From a virus (lineage: Duplodnaviria; Caudoviricetes): 64,000 bases of DNA. The DNA lies in the IMG/VR virus record IMGVR_UViG_3300037067_027643, positions 64,001 to 128,000 of that record; one strand, 5' to 3'. A program made the position numbers and the translations under genes. Shown here one piece after another: positions 1 to 11,663 of the stretch. The notes beneath the pieces are model-generated. The model worked only from the letters and a program-made list of their open reading frames with translations. It ran no database searches and had not been told where the DNA came from. The first letter of the stretch is position 1; each line of letters opens with the position of its first letter.

Positions 1-532
1 ATTTTGGAAGTTCAAAACTATATTCATTTTCTCTATTTAATAATGTTTCATCAATTTTTTTATCATTAAAAGAAGTTAAATCAATAATTATATTTGTTGT
101 TTCTCCACATGCTGGATTTGGACATTTTATTTCTAATGGATATTCTTTACCATAACCCATAACTCTAGCAGCTATTAATAACGCATATTTATCGCCTAAT
201 AACAAATCATCATAATTAATTTTAGTTACAATTAATGATTTTAATATTTTGTCAACTGCTAATCCCTTTCTTACTAAATTTTCGGTTGTAAGAATATCCT
301 CTTCGGTACTTTCCATGTAGCGCATCTCAACTGTACCAAGTGACAATGGATTATCTTTTGGATAGCATAACCCTTTACTTGGTAAATCAATTATTTCAGT
401 TGGATATTGTTGATTACCCATTTTTGTTTCATCTGTATGTTTATAAATTTCACTTGGATGTGGTTCTAAATCTATAGGTTTTTTATTATTTCCTTTTGGA
501 AGATCGTCGTCAAATATTTTTTCGTTTGCCAT
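1..532 (-). CDS. T4 gp26-like baseplate hub subunit (3' end runs off window)
   Basis: Manually translated from ATG at 532: MANEKIFDD...YPTEIIDLPSKGLCYP...EEDILT...LLLGDKYALLIAARVMGYGKEY...CPNPACG; motif pattern typical of gp26-like hub proteins. Confidence 0.7.
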   Translation of the reverse strand, partial: MANEKIFDDDLPKGNNKKPIDLEPHPSEIYKHTDETKMGNQQYPTEIIDLPSKGLCYPKDNPLSLGTVEMRYMESTEEDILTTENLVRKGLAVDKILKSLIVTKINYDDLLLGDKYALLIAARVMGYGKEYPLEIKCPNPACGETTNIIIDLTSFNDKKIDETLLNRENEYSFELPK

Positions 533-597
533 ATTTTATTTATTTTTTAATTATTTTATTTTTAATATACAAAATCTTTTTCTATTTTCAAAATTTA

Positions 598-3500
598 TTA
601 TTTTTCATAAATATTTATCCAAGTAGATCCGACTACCCAATTTTGATTTGGAGATAAAACTGCTTGTGGATCATAATGGGCTCCTTGTTCACTGTTTCCT
701 CTAATCTCAAAATGTAGATGAACACCATGTGGAGGACACGCACCGTGACTACTTACACAATGTCCTTCTGCTCCCATATATCCAATTAAATCACCAGTTT
801 TTACAGTATCATTTTCTTTTACTAATAATATTTTAAAGTGATGATAGTTTGTAAAATATACCTTTTCATTGATAATATGTCTAATACTTATCTGATTTCC
901 TTTTGATTTTGTAATGGTTCCATCGTAAGAAGCATTTACTGGTATTTTACTATTATTATATTCTATTATTGTATTAAATCCGTTTGGTGTTATATCTATT
1001 CCATGATGATATTTTTGTGTTTCGTTTGTCAATGTTCTATATCCCATCGGAGACATATATGTTCCTGATGCTGGTATTTTAAAGTAATCGCTTAATGCTG
1101 GATCGTTTATTACTAAAACAGTATTTCCGGTATTACTTGTATTTGTTCCTTTTACAGTGGTATTATTAGTGGATGGATTTAAATTGGTAGGAGCTTCATC
1201 ACTTCCATCTTTTTTAACTGCTACTCTCATAACTGTATCTACTGTCGTTGTCCAATCATTACCTTGTACACTATGTTCTACATTTGTTATTGTAAAATAA
1301 GCTCCTTTTGCGTATCTATTTGGTAGTCCTGTTACATTTATACAGTTTCCAAATTTAAGTCCACTCATTCCATCTATTGTAAAATTAAGTTTAACTGGTA
1401 ATATTACTTTTGATGTCTTTTTATCTTCTGTATAACTATTATCATTACTTGTATTTCCTGTTCCTCCATGTGTTCCAACTAAATATGCTGTCATTGCTGT
1501 TTTAGCACTATCACAGGTTTCTTGAGTTCTTTCAATCATTAATTGAAACATAGCATTAAATAAACTTTTCTTTAATCCTGCTGGAGTTTGATCTACTTTC
1601 TTTTTAGGATCTTTTTCACTTATACCATCTCTCGCTACTCCATAATCTACATCACTTTGTTGAATATTATCATAAGTAATATCTCTTACCTGTCTTCCAT
1701 AAAACTGATATCCGTTTGTTCCCTTTGTTGAAATATCACTGGATCCTTTTTTTTGATTTACTCCAAACATTATATGTCCTTTAATATTTCCATCTACTTC
1801 GGTATTTATACTTAGTTCTCTCATCAAACTATCAACACCAAAACCAGTTAGATTTACAGGTAATATTTGTTCTCCCTCTTTCCAGGTGTTTAAATCTACT
1901 ACTGATATTGTATTAGGATTGTTTTCGTTCACAAAAAGTCCAAATTTCCAAGCCTGTCCACATACATCACTAATACCATTCAATAGAGCCATTACAAAAG
2001 CATCTAACGTATCAGTTTGTTCGTAAGTTTCTTTGATAAATTTTAGATTTACACATATATTTCTTACATATCCTTTATAAGAATTGTCAGTTGATTGAGT
2101 GTTATCTGTATTAGAATGAGTTCCACCAGCTGCTGTTCCTGTTCTTGTTTGTGCTATGTTTCCTGTATCTGGTTTTACATTACTTCCATCAAAATAAGGA
2201 ATGTTATCTGGAATAAATTTAACTACATCTTGACCACTTCCACCTCCAGCTGCCATACTTAAATCTAATGTTAAATTTCCAAATATACCGTTTCCTGGTA
2301 GTAAACAAATTAGCGGATCTCCACTCATTAAACATGGATCATTAAATATTTTAGTTCCATAACTATTTAATTTTGGAAATATAGGTTTAAATGTTGTTGG
2401 TGTTTTTACTGCTCCTCCAAATATAGAATCATCTGAGATTTCTATGTTTTTATCTTCTGTTTTTATTCCATTTATTTCTTCATTGATAGTTATATTATTA
2501 GTAATACAATCATCGCTTACATTTGAATTATCTTTAGAAACAAATCCAAGACTATTAGTTACAATAAAATCTTCTATAAATCCCCATGTTACATAATATT
2601 GTGTTTTTCCAGTTCCTATTCCTATAAATGTTGCTATTTTATCTAAAAATCCTTCTGGTTTCATATTTACCTTAGCAGAAAATCCTAACGGAATTGATCC
2701 TTCTGTGACAGCTACTTTATTTTGAAAACTTCTATAAATTTTAGAAGAATCAAGTGTGCTACTATTTGATTTATCATTATAAAAAAAGGCACTTCCACCA
2801 GGAGCATTGTCCATCCAACGATATATTTCTTCAAATACATAATCAATATTAGTTCTTGGTTTATTTTTACCTTCATTTTCTATCTTACCATCATCACCAA
2901 GTTCAATACTTTTTCCTATCATTCCTCTACTCATAGTTTTTATATCAGCACTTAAAAAAGTATCGGCCATACTAACCATTGTAGTAGAACAATCAAATCC
3001 ACCTTTATCATTTTGTTTCCATGTAAAATTGGATACCACTCCTTTTAAAGCATCATAATGACCTCCAGCAGCTTTTACTAATCTTTGTACTTCTCTTAAT
3101 ACACAGGTATCCATTTTTCTAGTAATATCAATATCCATCTTATAAGGATTTATATTACCATCTGGAAGTAAACTCCATCCCCATTCTAAAAAGCAAGCTA
3201 CACCTGGAGTCATATACAACATTTCTAATATTTCTAAATGTTCTACACAGAAACAAGTGTAATTTATTGTTGCTTCTCTTACAGAACCAAATGCCCCTTT
3301 ATTTTTAATATTTATATCTATTATACCTGGATTTGGAACATTTCTTATATTAGAATACAGTTCACTAAATCCGGAACGCATATCATTAAATTCTTTTCCT
3401 TTTGCTAGGCTTCCATTTAATATCCATTGTTTTCTTATCTCTTCATTAAACGTTGGAACCTTTTCTACCATTACAATATTAGTATCCTGAATATTAACTA

Positions 3501-3735
3501 CTGTTTTTCTAAAATCATTAGGTATTATATTAAATTCATTATTTTTTGGAGTTAGTGTAAACCCATCTTCTATCTTAGCATTTGATATTAATCTTACAAA
3601 TGATTGTTTTTGATGCATCCATCTAGAAGTACCTGTAAGAACAGAATTAGTGTGCAACCTATCTATTGCATGTTTCTGTCTATCCTCTAATGTTTTACGG
3701 AAAGGTTGTTCTATATTGGTTACAAAAAGTGCCAT
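598..3735 (-). CDS. Large baseplate/tail-associated protein with C-terminal M23 peptidase (virion-associated peptidoglycan hydrolase)
   Basis: C-terminal HHGID...VKTGDLIGYMG...HLHFE M23 motifs; ITNVEHSV...WTTTV hub-like motif; baseplate context. Confidence 0.7.
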   Translation of the reverse strand: MALFVTNIEQPFRKTLEDRQKHAIDRLHTNSVLTGTSRWMHQKQSFVRLISNAKIEDGFTLTPKNNEFNIIPNDFRKTVVNIQDTNIVMVEKVPTFNEEIRKQWILNGSLAKGKEFNDMRSGFSELYSNIRNVPNPGIIDINIKNKGAFGSVREATINYTCFCVEHLEILEMLYMTPGVACFLEWGWSLLPDGNINPYKMDIDITRKMDTCVLREVQRLVKAAGGHYDALKGVVSNFTWKQNDKGGFDCSTTMVSMADTFLSADIKTMSRGMIGKSIELGDDGKIENEGKNKPRTNIDYVFEEIYRWMDNAPGGSAFFYNDKSNSSTLDSSKIYRSFQNKVAVTEGSIPLGFSAKVNMKPEGFLDKIATFIGIGTGKTQYYVTWGFIEDFIVTNSLGFVSKDNSNVSDDCITNNITINEEINGIKTEDKNIEISDDSIFGGAVKTPTTFKPIFPKLNSYGTKIFNDPCLMSGDPLICLLPGNGIFGNLTLDLSMAAGGGSGQDVVKFIPDNIPYFDGSNVKPDTGNIAQTRTGTAAGGTHSNTDNTQSTDNSYKGYVRNICVNLKFIKETYEQTDTLDAFVMALLNGISDVCGQAWKFGLFVNENNPNTISVVDLNTWKEGEQILPVNLTGFGVDSLMRELSINTEVDGNIKGHIMFGVNQKKGSSDISTKGTNGYQFYGRQVRDITYDNIQQSDVDYGVARDGISEKDPKKKVDQTPAGLKKSLFNAMFQLMIERTQETCDSAKTAMTAYLVGTHGGTGNTSNDNSYTEDKKTSKVILPVKLNFTIDGMSGLKFGNCINVTGLPNRYAKGAYFTITNVEHSVQGNDWTTTVDTVMRVAVKKDGSDEAPTNLNPSTNNTTVKGTNTSNTGNTVLVINDPALSDYFKIPASGTYMSPMGYRTLTNETQKYHHGIDITPNGFNTIIEYNNSKIPVNASYDGTITKSKGNQISIRHIINEKVYFTNYHHFKILLVKENDTVKTGDLIGYMGAEGHCVSSHGACPPHGVHLHFEIRGNSEQGAHYDPQAVLSPNQNWVVGSTWINIYEK

Positions 3736-3738
3736 TTA

Positions 3739-3972
3739 TTAATATGTAGTTCTAGAAAACATAACAATAACTTTTATTAAATCTAAATCAATTTTTTCAA
3801 TATTATTCTCCAAACAAAAATTATAAAAAGTTTCTGTTATTAAATCATAGTATTCACATTCTCTTGTAATCTCTTGATAAAAATTCGTTTCTTTTATTAT
3901 ATTATATTTTTTAATAAAATTATTATCTTCACAATATTTTATCCATTTTTCAAATATTTCTTCTTTATTCAT
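3739..3972 (-). CDS. hypothetical protein
   Basis: 77-aa ORF tightly packed in operon. Confidence 0.5.
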   Translation of the reverse strand: MNKEEIFEKWIKYCEDNNFIKKYNIIKETNFYQEITRECEYYDLITETFYNFCLENNIEKIDLDLIKVIVMFSRTTY

Positions 3973-3973
3973 T

Positions 3974-4279
3974 TTATCTATTAGTATTAATGCTATTCAA
4001 ATCATTTTGAAACTTAGTAATATTCAATGGTATCCTTAATTGCATAGTCTTTCCAACATACAAACTTCCTTTTCCTAATCCGTTTGCTGTTGCTATTATT
4101 ACCCAATCACTTGGATTTTGAAAATATGTTTGTGTTATTAAATCCAGTCTATCAAATTTAGTTGCTTGTATATAAATATCAGTATCAGTTCTTGATATTA
4201 TTGGATACAAAGTGGTTTGATAAACTTTTTTATTTTTATTGTTGGAAATAATATTAGTTGATTTATATCTTTCTGCCAT
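3974..4279 (-). CDS. LysM-like / gp53-like baseplate wedge protein
   Basis: DRLDLITQTYF...WVIIATANGL...LRIP signature. Confidence 0.7.
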   Translation of the reverse strand: MAERYKSTNIISNNKNKKVYQTTLYPIISRTDTDIYIQATKFDRLDLITQTYFQNPSDWVIIATANGLGKGSLYVGKTMQLRIPLNITKFQNDLNSINTNR

Positions 4280-4323
4280 CTTTTTTACTATCTATTTTTA
4301 TATAAATAGTAAAATTGTAAAAT

Positions 4324-4830
4324 TTAAACATTATTAAAAATATTGTTGTATATATTATATGTATCATCATCAAATAAAACAAAGTTTATTTCTACATTAT
4401 TATCACATTTAATTGCTTCTTTTATTCCAATAGAAGCAGATATATGTTTTGGAAATCTAAAAACACCTGTAGCTATAGCTGGAATTGAAATCGATTTAAT
4501 ATTATATTGTTTAACTAAATCAAAAATATTTATATAACATTGTCTTAATTTATCAATTTCATTATAATAACCACCTTCCCATACTGGACAATAAGTATGA
4601 ATTATATATTTCGAAAATAAATTATATCCATTTGTGATAATAGTATCTGTACATTTCAAATCTCCATGTTGAATATTATAATCGTATAAATATTTAATTA
4701 ATTCTATTCCTCCACTATTTAATATATCACCATTTAATGTAGTTTCTTCCCAAGCTAATTCTGCATTTGTTGAATTTACAATACAATCAACTTTTTCTTT
4801 AATTATATTTCCTTGTTTTATTTTTATCAT
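4324..4830 (-). CDS. Macro-domain (ADP-ribose binding/hydrolase) protein
   Basis: GNIIKEKVDCIVNSTN, YIIHT, SISIPAIATGVFRFP motifs. Confidence 0.85.
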   Translation of the reverse strand: MIKIKQGNIIKEKVDCIVNSTNAELAWEETTLNGDILNSGGIELIKYLYDYNIQHGDLKCTDTIITNGYNLFSKYIIHTYCPVWEGGYYNEIDKLRQCYINIFDLVKQYNIKSISIPAIATGVFRFPKHISASIGIKEAIKCDNNVEINFVLFDDDTYNIYNNIFNNV

Positions 4831-6185
4831 TTAATCAATATTAAATTATTTTTTGGTCTACTACACGCTGTATAAAGTATTCTATTTCTTTCTTCAATTT
4901 TTGAATTATACATAATATCCCAACCCATTACTATAGTATTATTATATGTACTACCTTGGCTCTTGTGGGCGCTAATCGAATAATTATATTTTGTTGAGGC
5001 AAAATGATTCATATAAGCATAATATTTAATCCATTCTGTTCTTGCTCTTTCAGTTCCTTGTTTTTCTTTTAATGCTTTATTTTTTAATCCGTTTAAATAA
5101 GAATTGTAAACTACTTCACTATCTTCATGTAATATATGAATGTGATTAATTTTAATATTTCCTTGAATATCATACGATTTAACAACTGTATCATAATATT
5201 TTACTCTATCTTTTCCAAAATTTATACATTCTTCATCTATTTCAAAATCTTCTACCTCTACTTCTTCATTGGTATGTAAAATAATATGGTCGCCTTCCAT
5301 TACATTGCTATCCATTATCAATCGTTCTCCTCTCATTATTTTATTAGAAGCTTTATCTCCGTATAGCATATATCTTACTAATTCATTATATATATTAACA
5401 GTTTCATTTCTCCAAGCTATTATTTTTATATAATCACTATCCTGTTTATATTCATTACTTGTAAAATAATTATATATTGTTTCTATAATTTTATCTTCAT
5501 CTTTTGTTTTATTAAAAAATGTAATATTATTGTTCTTATCTACGTCTGGAATAGTTAATTCATTTATAAGATTTTTATTATTTAAGTTACTTCTGATATC
5601 AAAAGTTAATTTAATAATTGGGTTATCACTACATTGTCTTACGATTTTGGTCAATTTTTCTACTTGTATATTGTATTTCTTTTGTTTGTCCGGTAATAAT
5701 GGGATACTATCTAATTTATTTATTGGTGGAATCTGTGCTGGATCACCTACAAATATTATTTTTAAAGTTGGATATTTTAATAAATAATCAAATATTTCAT
5801 CATGTAGCATACTTATTTCATCCAGCACGAGATACTGATATTTGTCAACTTTACAAGGTAAATGTTTATCTCTTTTAAAATGTTGCTTACCAAAACCATC
5901 AATATGTTCTTTTAACCCTAGAGCACTATGGATTGTAGAGAATATTAAATTTGGATGTGTTATTTTGCAAGCTTCTCGAAATAAAACTTGAGTACTTTTG
6001 TGAGTCGGACCAGTGATTCCAATCATTTTATTTCTTGTAACCGATAATAAATATTTCACAAAATCTACAATTAAAAATGTTTTTCCACTACCCGCATACC
6101 CTCCAATTAAAAACATATTTTGGGTAGGATCGTTAATAAATTTTATTAATTCTTCTTTTATCGTTTGTTGATCTTTTGTCAGCAT
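4827..6185 (-). CDS. dda: Dda-like SF1B DNA helicase
   Basis: GYAGSGKT Walker A, LDEISM, GDPAQIPP, HKSQGSTY, YTACSRP. Confidence 0.85.
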   Translation of the reverse strand: MLTKDQQTIKEELIKFINDPTQNMFLIGGYAGSGKTFLIVDFVKYLLSVTRNKMIGITGPTHKSTQVLFREACKITHPNLIFSTIHSALGLKEHIDGFGKQHFKRDKHLPCKVDKYQYLVLDEISMLHDEIFDYLLKYPTLKIIFVGDPAQIPPINKLDSIPLLPDKQKKYNIQVEKLTKIVRQCSDNPIIKLTFDIRSNLNNKNLINELTIPDVDKNNNITFFNKTKDEDKIIETIYNYFTSNEYKQDSDYIKIIAWRNETVNIYNELVRYMLYGDKASNKIMRGERLIMDSNVMEGDHIILHTNEEVEVEDFEIDEECINFGKDRVKYYDTVVKSYDIQGNIKINHIHILHEDSEVVYNSYLNGLKNKALKEKQGTERARTEWIKYYAYMNHFASTKYNYSISAHKSQGSTYNNTIVMGWDIMYNSKIEERNRILYTACSRPKNNLILIK

Positions 6186-6377
6186 TATTTTTATTTTATT
6201 TTTTTACTATTTATATTTAATTAGAAAAAATAGATTAATTTTTAATATACAAAATTTTTATAAATAAATCACTATTTATGTTTTTTAAATTTTTTACTAA
6301 TTATATTTAAATGTACAAAAAATTATTTTAACAAACAAATAAAAAAAGAAATATTCAATAAAAAGGAGATATAATCA

Positions 6378-6869
6378 ATGGCTCAATTAATCGATAGTAA
6401 CGAAGCAATGTTTACAGCATTTGAACCTAAAGTAAAATTTAGATTTATTATGTATATAGCCGGTATTCCATCATTTATTATTAAAAAAGTAGATAGACCT
6501 AAATTTGAATCTGCTGAAGTAGTATTACCACATATTAACGTAGAACGTTATACTAAAGGTAAAAGTAAATGGAATGAAATAACAGCCGAATTATATGATC
6601 CTATTGTTCCTAGTGGAGCACAAGCTGTAATGGAATGGGTTAGAGCTGGTCACGAATCTGTTACTGGTAGAGATGGATATGCAGACTTCTATCAAAAAGA
6701 TGTTACTATTAACGTTCTTGGTCCAGTTGATGACATTGTTGAAGAATGGATACTTAAAGCTGCTTGGTGTAAGAGTGCTGATTTTCAAGATTTAGATTGG
6801 GCTGATGAAAGTAGTGCTTTGACTTGCAACATCACAATTCGCTACAATTATGCGCTTCTGAATTTCTGA
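6378..6869 (+). CDS. Tail tube protein (T4 gp19-like)
   Basis: FEPKVKFRF...KGKSKWNEIT...LYDPIVPSGAQAVMEW...EEWILKAAW; strong SD AAGGAG upstream. Confidence 0.8.
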   Translation: MAQLIDSNEAMFTAFEPKVKFRFIMYIAGIPSFIIKKVDRPKFESAEVVLPHINVERYTKGKSKWNEITAELYDPIVPSGAQAVMEWVRAGHESVTGRDGYADFYQKDVTINVLGPVDDIVEEWILKAAWCKSADFQDLDWADESSALTCNITIRYNYALLNF

Positions 6870-6912
6870 AAATCGTTGGTAGTCAAATACTTACAACAAA
6901 ATATTTTTATAA

Positions 6913-6947
6913 AAGAATTCCTATTAATTTATTTTAATGGGAATTTT
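6913..6947 (+). terminator. Intrinsic terminator after tail tube gene
   Basis: AATTCCTATTAA...TTAATGGGAATT inverted repeat followed by T-run, between convergent genes. Confidence 0.6.
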
Positions 6948-6962
6948 GATTTTATATCAAAT

Positions 6963-8979
6963 TTATTTTGTAATTTTTGGTGTGAACATAATTAATTCCA
7001 TAAAATAATCTTTAAATAAATTATATGGAATTTTTAATGTATGATTTTGAGTATTAACTAAATTAACTAATATTTTATTTTCGTATACATCTATATCTTT
7101 TAATTGACATTTTTCTCCTTGTACAATTGTATATCCACTTTGTTTATCGTGTATTGTAAAAGATGATTTATAATATTTATCTTCCATAAATTTAATTATT
7201 TTGATTATTACTTACAATAAACATTTACTAAATTTTTATTAATATCTTTAATTAATTCAGATAAACGAATTATTTCTTCATTTTTTAATTGAATTAATTG
7301 TTCGTAATGTTTTTCTTTTTGTGTTAAATTTACATTTAAAAGATTTTGTCTTTCTTCTAATTTAACAATTTCAATTTGAAGTTTTAATTTTTTATCAAAA
7401 CATTCTTTTAATGTATGTTCTATTTCATTTTGTTGTTCTTTTTGATATTTAAGAATCTCTTTATTAATTTTTAATATTTCTTCTTCTTTATATCTAAAAA
7501 GTTCTAATTCTACTTTTTCTTTTAATTTTTTATAGCCAATAATTTTCATAATTTTTAATCTTAAGTTAATAAATTGTTTTTTATATTGTAAGTATATAAT
7601 TCTGAATATTCCAAATATAACAAATATCCAAAATGGTATTACTATAAAATAATATATAATAGTATAAATCATTTTTTATGAAATTATTTAATTTCTAATT
7701 TATCTCTTAGTTTATTTAATAATCTAAGCCTATAAGATACATCTAAATATATTTGACATGCTTTACTTGTTCTATAAGAGGGATTACACATATTAATATA
7801 TAATTCATGTGCTAATTCTCTTAATTTTAATAATTCAAAATCTATTAAGTATTCTATTTCTTCCATAATTTTATTTTTTATTATTTAACTTCCAAACTAT
7901 ATCACTGTGATTAAATGGATACCACTTTTGAATTATATTTCCTACTCTTAATTCTACACTATCCATTCTTATACCAACAACTAATCCAACTTTATTCTTT
8001 TCTGGCATACAATTACTTCTATTATCATCGAATATAATTTCTTTATTAAAATATGGTAGAAAATCTAAATAATTATATAATTTTACTTTCATATTACTTC
8101 CAAAATATTTTATATTCGTGAACTCCTCTTATATCACAACAACGATAACCAGTTTTAACTTTCTTACCATCTAACAATAATTCTTTTATTTTTTCTTTAT
8201 ATTTATTTTCATTTTTACCACCAAAAAAACTTATTTCATACCAATCTATTAAATCATTTGGTCCAATTCGTTTTTCAAACATTTTATCATATAATTGTTC
8301 TATTTTCTTTTCTAAATCAAATAATTTACAACCACAATTAATCATTTTTATACCTCCTATATAATCTTCAGGGAAATATTCTGGAGTTTTACATGGATTT
8401 TCTAAACAATATTGAATTGCTTCTTTTTTAGTTGTATGTGTATTAATATTACTAGTATCATTATCTTCAAATGAAACCCATTTTGATACTAATGGATGTG
8501 ATTGTTTTTGTATAATTCTACCATTATACCAATATTCATCTACTTCTATTTGAACAGGTTTACTATTTCCGAATATATCTTTCATTTTTACTTTGATTTA
8601 TAATTTTCGTACAATATATCATTTGCTTTGGTTGTTAAGTCATCATACTCTTCATACAAATAATTAGGAATTTCTTCTAAATCAAATTCTTTAACTTTAT
8701 CGTAAAATTCTAACATCTTCTTTTTATTTTTTATTAAAATTGACTGTTCAAATTCATCTAATAATTTTATAAATTCTTCCATAACTTATATATTTTAGTT
8801 TAATACTACAAAAATAAGTAAAATTTTATTAATAATAAAATTTATTTTTATAATTCTTCAATTTCAATTAATCTTTCAGTTAACCACTTACTCAATTTTA
8901 AAGTTTCTTTGCTTCGAGCCTTTTTAAGTTCGAAGCCAATTCCGAAACTAGTTCTGTGCCAAATTCTAAATGTTTTCAT
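6963..8979 (-). other. Cassette of small hypothetical early-type genes (6963-7187, 7208-7672, 7684-7866, 7871-8092, 8094-8585, 8588-8782, plus untracked 43-aa ORF 8848-8979)
   Basis: Tandem packed ORFs downstream of a TTTG-N20-TATATTTG promoter; 7208-7672 has an N-terminal TM helix plus coiled coil. Confidence 0.6.
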
Positions 8980-9006
8980 ATTTTTTATTGTTTTAATTTA
9001 ACACTA

Positions 9007-9038
9007 CAAATATACAAATTAAAAACCACACTACCAAA
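9007..9038 (-). promoter_or_regulatory. Bacteroidota sigma70-type promoter (-33 TTTG / -7 TAnnTTTG)
   Basis: Minus strand TTTG-N20-TATATTTG. Confidence 0.75.
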
Positions 9039-9096
9039 TTTATTTTAAATTATTTTTATTACTATTTATATAAATAATCCAATATTAGTTATTATA

Positions 9097-9423
9097 ATGA
9101 ACCTAACTTTATCATCTATTCTAAAAGAAATCTATGTTTCTAACAGTCATTTTGAAACTGTAAAGGTTGACAATATAGTATTTGAATGTAAAACCTCTTA
9201 TACAGATGATGGTATTATATTTACTTTTAATCCAATTAACTCCGCAGAAAAATCAAAGATAAAAGATGAAAAGAAAACATCATTGGATATAATAAGATAT
9301 TTATCAAAATTATTCCAAAGTTGTAAATTTACCTCAACTAAAAAATCAATGAATTCTGGAATAAATATAACATTAGTACCAACAGAACTTTTAAAATATA
9401 TAAACAATCATATATCAGGCTAA
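9097..9423 (+). CDS. hypothetical protein with LSSILKE leader motif
   Basis: 108-aa ORF after ACTATTTATA motif at 9061. Confidence 0.6.
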   Translation: MNLTLSSILKEIYVSNSHFETVKVDNIVFECKTSYTDDGIIFTFNPINSAEKSKIKDEKKTSLDIIRYLSKLFQSCKFTSTKKSMNSGINITLVPTELLKYINNHISG

Positions 9424-9428
9424 ATAAC

Positions 9429-11663
9429 ATGGCAGTAGCATCATTCACACCTTCTAAAGATACGACAATATATCAATCACTTCCATTATTAAATAGTGGA
9501 TTGGATAGTATATTAGAACTTACCAAAGATACTACTAATAGCTCCAGAATATTAATACAATTTGATACTAATGAAATATCTCAATTCGTTACAGATAATA
9601 ATATTACTGGTAGTCATGATTTCTATTTAAACTTATATACTTGTGATGTAAATGAAATTCCTTACACTTATACAGTAGAATGTTATCCTATTAGTCAATC
9701 ATGGAATATGGGTATTGGTAAACGTGATGTTACTCCCTATGCAAAAACAGCTGCTAACTGGAGATATAGAACTGACAATGCTTATTGGGGTAATGTCACT
9801 AGTAATTTTTCTGGTAGCTACAACGATTATTTAAATTATATCAACTTAGCGGGACAATTTGATAGTTATTTCAACGGAAATATTGTAGGAATGATTAGTG
9901 GTACCATATTTGCTGGAAGTACTTATCGAGATCAATACGATCTTACAAAGTTGTATGTTACAGATGAGTTAGTTAGTCAATCTTTTAATGGTAAGTTAAT
10001 TGGAAACATAGATGCTTATATATCAAGTTCTGTATTAGCTATTGTTAGTGGAACAATTGATATCGATTATATTAGTGTTAATCAAGGTGGATATTATGAT
10101 AAAAATACAGTATATACTCAGTCTTTTGAATATGAAAACACTGATTTAAATATTAAGATTACTGGTTTAGTAGACAGTTGGATTACTGGAAGTTTAGAAA
10201 ATAATGGAGTATTACTTAAATTAACAGACACGGAAGAAAGTGCTTCTAGTTATACTTCACTTAAATATTTTTCAAGAGATACTCATACTATATATCCTCC
10301 TAGATTAGAACTTAGATGGAATGATAATAGTTTTGTTACTTCAAGTATTGTTTCATATACGTCAGAATCTGTTGTTAAACACTCATTTGCTTCAAATAAA
10401 ACTCCTATTACAGATTTTTCTTTCTTTTATCCACCGTTTGATACTCCTGTATTACCTACCAATGTTACTTATTCTTACAGTGATAGTGCAAGTTATACAT
10501 CTACTCATATTTCAGAATCTAGATCTAATGACTTTGATTATTATGTTAGTGATTATTATTTAACTGGAAAATATAGAGGTTTATTAAATGGACGATATAA
10601 TGGAATTTATAGTGGGATATTAAGTGGAAGTGTTGTTCCTTTTACTGCTATAGATATCAACAACACGTTTATTAGCAATATTAATCATGAATTTATTAAC
10701 AATGAACAATTTGATGGATATTTTAATGGTAGTTATTCTGGTAGTATAAATGGAGGTATTAATGCTATTATCACAGCTAGTAATGGATTAGATAATACTG
10801 TATTTGTTGGTAATATTATCGGTGCTTTTAATTATTTCAGTGGTAGCTATTCTGGAAGTTTTAATGGTGTTCCCGATAGTGGAGTTGGTATTATTACATC
10901 TAGTACAAATGTTACTGCCTCTTTAGATGGAATATTTAATGACGGTGCTGTTATTGCTACTTTAAGTGGTTCTTATATTGGTGCTATTGATTGTTCTTCT
11001 TATATTGGATCGTATAGTAGTTCTTTAAGTGGAGTTGCTGTTGCTTATTTAAGTGGAAGTTTAAGTGGTAGCTTAGATTATCCTTTTACTGCTTATACTA
11101 TATTGAATTCTAATACTACATTAGATAGTCAACTTAATAATATTACTACTAATGCTACATATATTACTTCTAGTGGATATTTTACTGGTTATAGTAAAGG
11201 ACAATTAGTAGATGGTATAGATTTATTTCAATATAATATTACTGGAAGTAGAACGTATATATATACTCAGTCTGTTAGTTTAAATCCTTTAACTGAAAAT
11301 GATATTGTACTATATTTAAATCCTCATTTAGCCGCTTATAATGTAGATAGTATTAACAGAATTAATATTGTTGGAAGAGAAAGATATCCACAAAGAACTT
11401 ATAGTAAAAATGAAAGTAGTTATTTAGAGATTAAATATTTACCTAGTAATTCTTATTATTCGATATTAGATGCTCATAGCAATGATATAATTGTTCCTTT
11501 TGATGATGTATATACAAAAATTAGTTGTGATGAAACTGGTAATTATTTTACTTTATATACAAAAGGATTACAAGTAAAACGCCATTATCGATTCGTATTT
11601 AAAATCGTAAGAAATGGTCAAGTTAATCTGTACGACGAAGATTTTATATTTAAAGTGATTTAG
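9429..11663 (+). CDS. Virion structural protein (DNRLRE-like N-terminus, SGS-rich repeats)
   Basis: KDTTIY...SRILIQFD, YFSRDTHTIYPPRLELRW; Ser/Gly-rich inserts. Confidence 0.6.
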   Translation: MAVASFTPSKDTTIYQSLPLLNSGLDSILELTKDTTNSSRILIQFDTNEISQFVTDNNITGSHDFYLNLYTCDVNEIPYTYTVECYPISQSWNMGIGKRDVTPYAKTAANWRYRTDNAYWGNVTSNFSGSYNDYLNYINLAGQFDSYFNGNIVGMISGTIFAGSTYRDQYDLTKLYVTDELVSQSFNGKLIGNIDAYISSSVLAIVSGTIDIDYISVNQGGYYDKNTVYTQSFEYENTDLNIKITGLVDSWITGSLENNGVLLKLTDTEESASSYTSLKYFSRDTHTIYPPRLELRWNDNSFVTSSIVSYTSESVVKHSFASNKTPITDFSFFYPPFDTPVLPTNVTYSYSDSASYTSTHISESRSNDFDYYVSDYYLTGKYRGLLNGRYNGIYSGILSGSVVPFTAIDINNTFISNINHEFINNEQFDGYFNGSYSGSINGGINAIITASNGLDNTVFVGNIIGAFNYFSGSYSGSFNGVPDSGVGIITSSTNVTASLDGIFNDGAVIATLSGSYIGAIDCSSYIGSYSSSLSGVAVAYLSGSLSGSLDYPFTAYTILNSNTTLDSQLNNITTNATYITSSGYFTGYSKGQLVDGIDLFQYNITGSRTYIYTQSVSLNPLTENDIVLYLNPHLAAYNVDSINRINIVGRERYPQRTYSKNESSYLEIKYLPSNSYYSILDAHSNDIIVPFDDVYTKISCDETGNYFTLYTKGLQVKRHYRFVFKIVRNGQVNLYDEDFIFKVI